A stretch of DNA of 64,000 nt from Antedon mediterranea. Taxonomy: Eukaryota; Animalia; Echinodermata. The DNA lies in NCBI RefSeq assembly GCF_964355755.1, contig NC_092673.1, positions 20,767,648 through 20,831,647 on the forward strand. Reading direction: 5' to 3'. The notes beneath the pieces were generated by a model, which saw nothing but the letters and a program-made list of their open reading frames with translations, had not been told where the DNA came from and did not search any database. Numbering within the stretch: position 1 is the stretch's first letter; every line of letters begins with the position of its first letter. The position numbers and the translations under genes are program-made. Below, one piece after another: positions 54,825-64,000 of this stretch.

Positions 54825-57800
54825 CTATACAACATCTTGAGCGCAATTAGACCCTTCCCCCACTGTTACTCGATGCGTCTGTTTTCGTTGTCTTGCGCCT
54901 CCCATGTCACGCGTGTCAATTTTTTTATGTTTCATTTGTATTAATGCACTTGCAAGGACTAAACGTGTCTGACCATACGGTACTTCGCAATTATCCGGAA
55001 GAGGAATTTGCATAAATAACGATGCCACTGCAGCTTTCTGTTCCGAACATGGTTCGTAAGCTATTACATTTGGGTACGACTGTTGACAAAAACAAAATAA
55101 ACATTATACGTGTAGGAACATTTCTTAATATTCACTATTCTAGGTCAGATATTTTATTCAAATTGTATATTATTTTTAGGAGGGCATTTATTCAAGGCAT
55201 GCGTTTATACAGTGAAGGCATTCCAAATGATGTTCTATGGGGGAAGGGGGAGGGTTTTGTTTATTCAAAGCAGGTTTTAAGGTTTTAATTCGAATAAATA
55301 TTTATTTATTTAGATAAATTTTGAGTTTGAATAGTCAATGGTCACAGGACGTTAGTGGTTCCAGATTGGTCTGAAACTAAAGTCACTTAGATAAATAATA
55401 AAAGATAAAAGATAAATCACATTACCTTTTTGCCGGACGGAAGAAGATCTGGTGGCCTATTACGTTCAAGTTCAACATTTATTGACGCAACCGGCCTGCT
55501 GGCCATCATGCGGAGTTCCACTACACGACGCTGATAAGAAACAATACAGGACTTCAGTAATGATTTCATTAATACATTCAATATATAATTATATAAACAT
55601 AATACTTTGGTTTTGGGAACTGCTGAAAAATATATTATTTGCCAATAACTTGTTTTTGTTTAAGTTTATCATTATTTTATTCATACAAATATTTTTTCTC
55701 TTTTTGTTTTGTTTGTTTATGGATGTACTATCCAAAATATTGAAAATTAATAAATAAATACCAATACTTTATGTTACTATTCATCTGACTAAATTGTTAA
55801 ATTTTCATAAATATTTTATAATATACTATGGTAACGGTTATTAATTAATAATATAATATTATTAAATATAATGTTCATACACAAACTATGGTTCGTGGAA
55901 TTTAAACTTAAAATTTGATAATTATTAATTCATAAAACACTGTAATATAAATTGCAAATAAAAAGTAGGAAAGTTTCACAATGCATATTGGCTTCATGCA
56001 TACAGTATTTAAATTTATATATTTGCTTTGTATTGTCAAATAGCAAATGACTCGCCATATACAGAATAAGAGAATAAATTTAAGTTGCTAAACTTCTCAT
56101 TAGAATTACTGCAGTAGCAATTTTTGGAAAAATCTTGGTATCAACCGATAACCAGGGCTTGAACCAGGACTATAATTTCACCAAGGCAAGGCAACCAAGC
56201 TAGTGTGCAACCAGGGTCATTACAGGTCACTACATACCAGGGCAGCTCCCAGTACTTGATAGGGTCTGTTTTATTATTTTCAGTTTTTTAACTATCTGAA
56301 TAGGATATTTAGTATAAATATTATCAAGCCATACTCATGCATGTAAACTGTTATAGTAGTAATTAAAAATAGTGTATTGTGTAATTATTAATATGTAAAG
56401 TAATACAACAATAGTATATTAGTTGTGGTGCAGTGAAGATTAACAAATGAAATCAAACAAATCTGTGTGACGTCTATGAAGAAGAAGCCCCATCACCTCT
56501 ATTGTCATTTAAAAACAAGAAAAAAATAGCGTAAATTAAAAGCAAGAAAAAGATAACAAGAAGAAAATGTCCATCACCTCTAGTGTAATTTTAAAAAAGA
56601 ATAAGATATAATATATATACTGTATGACTGTTAAAGCCGATGTTTGTATTTTTTGGTTATTTTTAGGTTGCCACTCCTAAACTGTAAAACAATCTTCCTA
56701 ATTTAATTCAATCGAAGATGTCAACACCCTTTTAAAATCTCATCTTTTCAATCTGTTTTCTCTCCCATCTCAATTTTTATTTCAAGCGCTTTTGGAAAAT
56801 CTGCTGATAGGTAAAAGCGCTATATAAATTTGACATAATTAACACAAATATGTGTACATACATTTAAACTATAACATAAATACTATCCACACATAATTTT
56901 CAATTTCATTTGGAACCAATTGCAGGCTGTCTTCAAAACATATTTGCATGCTCACAAACGTGATACAGACATAGGTATTTAATTTTGATTGTTCAACTGA
57001 CCAAAGTCTTCAAATAATTAAATACATGTTGCCCTGGTTGTTTAATGGCCAGGAATCATAAATTACATTTTAATTGATTTTATTAATAATTAGGGTTTGT
57101 GTATTTTATCGATTTAATAGAATTCAAGATATGATTTAGTTTAATTTCTAATACTGTATCAATAAATTTTATATATGAATATTTATTATTTAATTTCAAA
57201 ATGTGGAAGTGGAGAGAGGCACATTATGTCAACAAATAATTGTTGGTCCTCTCCGGGGTCCTCTCTCCCTCACAGTTGTCATATAATGCTTTGTATTTCT
57301 TTTCTTTTTTATTGTGTGTTCTGTATATGTTTTATATGGACAGTTTGTCCGAAATAAAGTTGAATTGAATTGAATAGTTAATGTTGTAACTTTGTATTTA
57401 AGCCATTTTCCAAATAGATTCGATCCAAGATTTTGGTCAGATTTCTTGGTTATTCCTCTTTACTTACCCGTCTCTGTTTTATCGAGTCAATCTTCTCTTT
57501 GATTTTGAAGGTGACCACAAAGATGAGTAGAAAGAGGAAAAAGCAAGAGATGAACGCGACGAAGAACTCTAAAATGTTCAGATGGACAAACTGATAGACA
57601 GTCACCTAAAAAAAGCGAAGCAGAAAAGAGTGCTATATGTTAGTTCATGCAAAAATAAAACATGCTAGGTCGGGCACGCATTCTAGGAGTGGAAAGGGCC
57701 AGCTTGCGTTAGACTGGGCTAGCCTTGTTTACTTACCTGCACCCAAATTCGGCTATAGATTAGACATTTGATTTTCCAACCGCCCAAAAACATGATGAAG

Positions 57801-60800
57801 GTAATAAGAAAGGTGATAAGGAACTGCAAAATGATATTCCACATCCCGTATGGCCGTAACACAACCTGTGAGAAGACAGTGTTCAGTCGGCGGCATTCTT
57901 TTGTTTTTTGCAGGGAGGAGGGACCGACCACTTTCCACCCCGTGTTAGAGTTAGTGAGGGTAGTGAAGAATAGGGTTAAGTGCTGAGAACCTAAGAAAAG
58001 CTTAAAATGCATCTGAAATAGAGAAGAAACTGTTAACAAATTCTTAAGGTTAATTTAGCATTGTGAAAAGACAAACCAAGTCACTCGGTCAACATTCCAA
58101 GGTCTTCCGTGACCTCTGACCTTACCTGTCTAAGCTGCCGCGCCTCCCATAAGTCCCTGATTTTAAGGACAGAGAGGAAAAAGAGTAGCGATATCACAAA
58201 ACAACAAAACGAAGCGCTTAAGAACACCATGATATTAAGGTCAGTGCCCTGGATTGTAGTGACCTGATTTTGAGAAAAAAATACAACATAATCGTGCCTT
58301 GCATTAGTGTGTGCTTGGGTAAGCAGGTATCAGCCGACCTTACCTGTCGAAGTCTATACCTATAGACAAACTGACGTACTCGCCAACCGACAGTCATCAT
58401 GAACAGCATTAGAATCAGACTGCTCACAAATATAAGCACAATTTCAAGAATGATACGCAAAAAATCGTTGTGGTGTTTCAGTGTAACCTGCATGCAGAAA
58501 ACAAGCATGTGACAACAGGAATTAACAGAAGCAGAAACACCGAGAAATTTGTCACAGCCAACGGATACTATGTGAGAGTAGTTCAGTGCAATTCTCTATC
58601 CATTGATCTACATTTTTTTACCTGTGACGCTATATGTAATTTCAATAGGGTACATAATCCAAGCAAACCAGTAAAGAAAAGTATAAGAGCGAACACTGCA
58701 CTCATAAAGTACATAATATAGGCTGGAAGTGAAGAACTGGGAATGTACTCATCTGTAAATTGCATCTGAAATCATGAAAACTAAATAAATGAGTCTCCCT
58801 TTATGAGATTTTTCTCTTAAACTTTAACCTACAGTATTCGATATCTGTTCAGTATTTAAAACTGTGTAAAAAGTAATGATTAATGGATAGTGAATGTTCA
58901 CTATTAACTTATAGAATGTTTCCAGGTGTCACTCTGAAAAGGAATATTTAACATTATAGCACACTGTCTACACTATCAAACTTAAGTTTGACAAAAGAAG
59001 TGTAAGGTGCCCAAATATGGTAGTGATATGATGTCATCATTTCTATTTATTGGCACATCACATAAAGTTTGATAATGCAGACAGAGCTTTAGTTAGCTCG
59101 GTTTACTACACTGTATAGGGGATAAAATGTCATTTTCACTACAAGAAAAAACATAATGGCAGTGTTGGCTTAACAGCGTTAAAAAGTATTTTTGTAGTTG
59201 GTTTTATTGTAGACATTCAGGACATTTTGTTTGCACTATGTGTCCCAGAATCAATGGTGCCCCTAACTGTGCCAAATCCAGAAACTGGCATGGTTGCATG
59301 AGGTTTCACAAAGTTTGTGAGGATACCCACATTTTATACTCTACTAATTCTTATTGAAACAGACAAAAATTCCCTATAATTGGAGGAATTAAACAACATA
59401 TCGTGACATTAAAACATAAAAATAATTAAACTATTTCTGTCCTAGATAGTACTTTGCTCTAATCTAATGCTTGGTTCCCACTAGCGACACAACATAACGC
59501 AACCTACGCAACTTAAGAAAATGCCCTTTCCATAATCGTGTTTGCCTCGCCTCTGTGAAATCGAACCTTTTTTCCCACTTGTGATTATGTAACATAGCAC
59601 TTTGCATTGATATGTTGTTGTGTTGTGTCCTAGTGGGAACCAAGCTTTAGTGCCAACATGAACAATTCAATTATCCCAATACATAGAAAAAGATACATAA
59701 AAAAAATATATACAATACATACCTCAAATGAGTAAGGTGTCGTGAAGTTATATAGATATATATAAAATGTAGTATTGGCATCTTCAGTAAAGTCAAATTC
59801 ATTGTGAGAGAACTTAGTACTGTACTTTGACCGGACATGCATGTCCGTTACTAGCGCTGTCTCTGACATTAAAAAATCTTAAAGAAAAAGATGAAGACTT
59901 GTAAATTCACATGAAAATAATTTTAAAATGCTTTGTTGTGGCAACTAAATGTAAACGTTTCCCAACATGCAACCTGCAAGCTCCGCTAACTTTGTAAACT
60001 TTGTGTGCAAGAATTACAAAAAATTATGTTTTTAATTAAGCCAAACAATAAGAATTGTTCATCGCAATATGCTATTTATCACCCAATATGTAAGTTTACA
60101 CATGCCTAGCTAGGCCTAGTCTCTATGCCCACTTGCATTCCATCCATACGGTAATTTGTTTTTATGTGAGCGGTGTATGTTGCGTGTGCGACACATGCGT
60201 TTTGTGTTCTACACTTTCCATCGAATCGAAATCAAAACAAACAAATACGTTAATACTGTTTGCTGAACTACGCTGAGTAAAATGTTGACGTCATTCGTTA
60301 AAGTCAACGTTTACGTGCGAAAGCTCTTTAATTACAGGCAGACAGTATAAAACTGTACTCTACCCTGTAGCAATGATTTGAATACACAGAATAGCTTACT
60401 TGTTGAATAAGTGATGTTCATATAAACTGAAGTGGGTACTTCCAGGATAAAGTCAATATCTCTATTATTTTTACTTGGTTCCACTAACATGTTTATTTTT
60501 GTATAGTAGCTATCCTCTGCTTTTGATAGATTGAAATTATACCGAAAATTCATCTCGAGTTCATCTAGTCAAAAAAAAATTACATTTAACATTATATATA
60601 ATATTGGTGACATACTTAAGTGTACTTTATACAGTGCTAAATAATTCAGGTACAGCCAGAAGAAACATCTGACCAATTAACTTAGCTCCATGACGCAATG
60701 CTACAAAAATATTTGTATAAACATTTTAGGCTACATTCATAACGTAATATTAAATTACACGAAACAAAGTGGTGTTGTTAGGCAGGTTCATGGAATGTAC

Positions 60801-63800
60801 CATTATCTGACAGGGGTGTTTCATAAATTTTTATATATTCGAGTTGTAGCTCTCTTCTCACAGAGAATATGCCAATGTCAGTTTATCCAGGTAAGCTAGG
60901 CACGAAATAGACTAGAGAAGCTAGGAAGTGTGTGCCAGTTTGTTGGAACAAGGAACAAGTTTACTTACAGTAACAGGTTCCACCGTCAGATGGGTCACCT
61001 CTATATTTTGCTTTAGTATCACATCTGAGTGTAAATAAGATAATACAACAATAACTCACAATTGTTTTAATTTAGACACCTGTACTAAAGGGACACCTGT
61101 ACTAAGGGGACACTTGTACTAAGGGGACACCTGTACTAAAGGGACACCTGTACTAAGGGGACACCAGTACTAAGGGGACACCTATACTAAGGGGACACCT
61201 GTACTAAGGGGACACCAGTACTAAGGGGACACCTAAAGCAAGGTGACACCTGTACTAAGGGGACACCAGTACTAAGGGGACACCTGTACTAAGGGGACAC
61301 CTGTACTAAGGGGACACCTAAAGCAAGGTGACACCAAGGTGACACCTGTACTAAGGGGACACCAGTACTAAGGGGACACCAGTACTAAGGGGACACCTAT
61401 AGCAAGGGGACACCTGTACTAAGGGGATACCAGTACTAAGGGGACACCTGTACTAAGGGGACACCAGTACTAAGGGGACACCTAAAGCAAGGTGACACCT
61501 GTACTAAGGGGACACCAGTACTAAGGGGACATCTATAGCAAAGGGACACCAGTACTAAGGGGACACCTATAGCAAGGGGACACCTGTACTAAGGGGACAC
61601 CTATAGCAAGGGGACACCTGTACTAAGGGGACACCTGTACTAAGGGGACACCTATAGCAAGGGGACACCTGTACTAAGGGGACACCTGTACTAAGGGGAC
61701 ACCTATAGCAAGGGGACACCTGTACTAAGGGGACACCTATAGCAAGGTGACACCTGTACTAAGGGGACACCAGTACTAAGGGGACACCTATAGCAAGGGG
61801 ACACCAGTACTAAGGGGACACCTATAGCAAGGGGACACCTGTACTAAGGGGACACCTGTACTAAGGGGACAGCTGTACTAAGGGGACACCTGTACTAAGG
61901 GGACACCTATAGAAAGGGGACACCTGTACTAAGGGGACACCTGTACTAATGGGACAGCTGTACAAATGGGACACCTGTACTAAAGGGGCTCTTGTGAAAC
62001 AAATGAAAAGAAATAAATGTGTCAACACTATGGCCAATACTTAAAGAGGATACCCGTAGGTGTTACAATGATTCTTTTTTTTCATGAACACAATAAAGGC
62101 GAGCATGAAATTTGGTTTCCTGATGCTTAAATACACAATGTTGTATATTTACAGCCAGACAAAGGTTAACATATTTACGGGAAAAAAACGTGTAAAACTG
62201 CCAAAATTTATTTATTTTCTATTCAAATATATAAGACTATTTAAAATGTACTTACATGTCACACATATCTCCAATAATCCCTTTTGTTGTACAATAGCAA
62301 GCACCGGAGTAAATGTCACAGACTTCAGCATTCTCATTGCATACACATGGTTCACATTGGCCACCATTCTCTGGATTGCCAAAGAACCCACTAGTGCACA
62401 TTTCACAATGTTCACCTGCAACATTTTGAAAATGTTTTGTAATAAAAAATAAATACAAAGAATGTATATAAAGCTCTGTCTACACTATCAAACTAGTTTG
62501 ACAAAAGAAAGTGCGAATTGCCTAAATATGGTAGTGATATGTTTAAATATGGTAGTAATATGACATCATTGTGTCGTGGGCACATCTCATTTTTGTCACA
62601 TAAAGTTTGATAGTGTAGACTCAGCTTAAGGAATTAAGGGTAAAACTACCAAGTGTAAGAATTGGTATATTCACAGTAATACCAAAGATCCAATTATCAA
62701 ATTATTCTTAAGATCATTATCTATTTTCAGTTTAAAAAAAAAAATTAGTTTCTATTCCCCCTGTAAACAACCCCTCTCCCCACCCCCCCCCCCCACCCCA
62801 TTACTATCTAACTAACTAAATTTGATTTGGTGGATTGGACAACATGTTTATACTATACCTGTTGTATTATCTGTACAGTTAAGACATACACTCTTGTTTA
62901 CACACTCACTGTGCCCATTACACTGACAAGCTACAAGAAAATAAAACATTTGTTTTAAATGCCAGAGACTTTTAATTTGAAGTAACTTTGCATCAGGTAT
63001 ATAATTGCGTCAGAGTCGGGCAAACAGCTGACCATTTATGACAAAGACTTGTTATCAAGTGATTCAATAAGTATTCATTATTCCAAAGAACAAATAATAA
63101 ATTTAGAGACTTTTAATTTGAAGTAACGTGCATCAGGGAGCTATTATATAATTGGGCAAACATTATTTCAAAGAACAAATAATAGATTTATAACAACTTA
63201 CCAGGACAACCAACAAAGTTCCATGAATTTGAAGTACACATTGAGGTGTTGAGAAGCATACTTGTACCAGAGAAATCAAGTGGTCCTGTAAAGCCTCCCT
63301 CCATGCACATACCGGTACCGGTACCAGAACCATCATCACACCAACCGCATGATGGACTCATCTGACAATCGGTACATGATTGGTATCCTGAACAAGTTGG
63401 AGCTGTAATAAGATTTTTCTATGGTGATTTTTTTTCTTTTTGGCAATAACACATTGACAACAAACCTTTTTACGATTTAAGCCTATAAAAGAACAATACT
63501 AGAGATGGAAGAGATGGGATGGAAGAGAATGGGATGGAAGTGATTGGGATGGCAGAGAATGGGATGGCAGAGAATGGGATGGAAGCGATTGTGATGGAAG
63601 AGATTGGATGGAAGAATTTGGATGGAAGAGATGGGATAGATGAGATAGGATGGAAGAATTGATAAAACAAAATACCATGTCTTAGCAAGTACTTACGTGG
63701 ACATGCTCCTTTGATGTTATGCCATTCCATACATAAACCGTATGGGAATGATGTAACATAGGTGTTGGATTCCACACATTGCATTTGATTATTACACCAC

Positions 63801-63876
63801 ATGCAATCTTCATCCTCAGAACAGCTCTCACAGGACTGGTAATCCTGACATGTTGCTGGGCACTGGGTTGGAGGTG
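54825..63876 (-). CDS. ATRN: Attractin / attractin-like protein, 3' part (PSI, laminin-EGF, juxtamembrane, TM, cytoplasmic tail); 5' exons outside window
   Basis: Exons 63876-63697, 63402-63202, 62930-62859, 62415-62256, 61024-60969, 60564-60400, 59877-59723, [alternative TM exon], 55530-55426, 55079-54825. Motifs SFPYGLCMEW, CGWC, CPACQCNGHS, CYCTTKG, GTCYY, MASRP, IAYEPC..KAAV.SLF, GQ..LVLASAL. Confidence 0.92.
57468..57605 (-). CDS. ATRN: Attractin alternative TM exon F (46 aa; most canonical)
   Basis: tttttag|VTVYQFVHLNILEFFVAFISCFFLFLLIFVVTFKIKEKIDSIKQRR|gtaagt; 138 nt, phase 0/0. Confidence 0.9.
57737..57865 (-). CDS. ATRN: Attractin alternative TM exon E (43 aa)
   Basis: tcttctcacag|VVLRPYGMWNIILQFLITFLITFIMFLGGWKIKCLIYSRIWVQ|gtaagt; 129 nt, phase 0/0. 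Confidence 0.8.
57866..58012 (-). other. Degenerate attractin TM-exon copy D / in-frame 5' extension of exon E
   Basis: ctatttcag|MHFKLFLGSQHLTLFFTTLTNSNTGWKVV...; keeps acceptor and GWKV motif but has a short hydrophobic core and no donor; open in frame into exon E. Confidence 0.45.
58126..58263 (-). CDS. ATRN: Attractin alternative TM exon C (46 aa)
   Basis: aaatcag|VTTIQGTDLNIMVFLSASFCCFVISLLFFLSVLKIRDLWEARQLRQ|gtaagg; 138 nt, phase 0/0. Confidence 0.85.
58344..58487 (-). CDS. ATRN: Attractin alternative TM exon B (48 aa)
   Basis: catgcag|VTLKHHNDFLRIILEIVLIFVSSLILMLFMMTVGWRVRQFVYRYRLRQ|gtaagg; 144 nt, phase 0/0. Confidence 0.85.
58622..58765 (-). CDS. ATRN: Attractin alternative TM exon A (48 aa; most diverged)
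   Basis: atttcag|MQFTDEYIPSSSLPAYIMYFMSAVFALILFFTGLLGLCTLLKLHIASQ|gtaaaa; 144 nt, phase 0/0. Confidence 0.7.
58958..59088. mobile_element. MITE family A copy
   Basis: ctgtctacactatcaaact ... agtttgataatgcagacagagct. Confidence 0.75.
61075..61988. repeat. 17-bp minisatellite, ~50+ copies, in attractin intron
   Basis: Unit aaggggacacctgtact with variants ccagtact, cctatagc, cctaaagcaaggtg. Confidence 0.95.
62472..62626. mobile_element. MITE family A copy with TAA target-site duplication
   Basis: TAA-agctctgtctacactatcaaact ... agtttgatagtgtagactcagct-TAA. Confidence 0.85.
63503..63662. repeat. Purine-rich 14-15-bp degenerate repeat in attractin intron
   Basis: gatggaagagaatgg / gatggcagagaatgg units. 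Confidence 0.8.
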
Positions 63877-64000
63877 CTGAAATAACACACAAAGTAGGTA
63901 TTACATTTCAATAACGCTTTCTTCTATTCATATACAATACATACAAATATTGAGTCCTGCATGCTTCACCGGAGTTCATTGTCTATACTGTACAACATAC

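Noticed and set aside
57468-58765. Nested independent membrane-protein gene, or constitutive 5-TM segment
   Set aside because: Same strand and phase as the attractin flanking exons and homologous to the attractin TM region. Basic residues follow the helix in every copy (same orientation), which disfavours alternating multi-pass topology. Not formally excluded without transcripts
61075-61988. CRISPR-like array (also 42391-42665)
   Set aside because: Units are contiguous with no unique spacers, there are no cas genes, and the context is eukaryotic intron/UTR

Overview
AT-rich eukaryotic (metazoan; by gene content and repeat types probably a marine invertebrate deuterostome, which is inference only) genomic window with spliced genes reconstructed by hand from GT-AG boundaries. 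The genes are: the first coding exon of a BMP/ADMP-like TGF-beta ligand (-); a complete 10-exon DUSP11/PIR1 RNA phosphatase (-); an 11-exon secreted CAP/SCP-EGF-ShKT protein (+); a 2-exon ADP-ribosylarginine-hydrolase-like gene lacking catalytic Asp residues (-); a 7-exon PLPP4/5-type lipid phosphatase (+); and the 3' part of an attractin (ATRN/ATRNL1) gene (-). Introns and spacers hold two LINEs, a Penelope-like fragment, tRNA-derived SINEs, several MITE families and minisatellites. The most notable signal is in the attractin gene: where orthologues have one transmembrane segment, there is a 1.3-kb tandem array of five intact, highly diverged, phase-0/0 transmembrane exons plus one degenerate copy (57468-58765), which looks like a mutually exclusive TM-exon cassette. 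Also notable are two Penelope-derived hammerhead-ribozyme motifs that bracket a catalytic exon of the PLPP gene in sense orientation.
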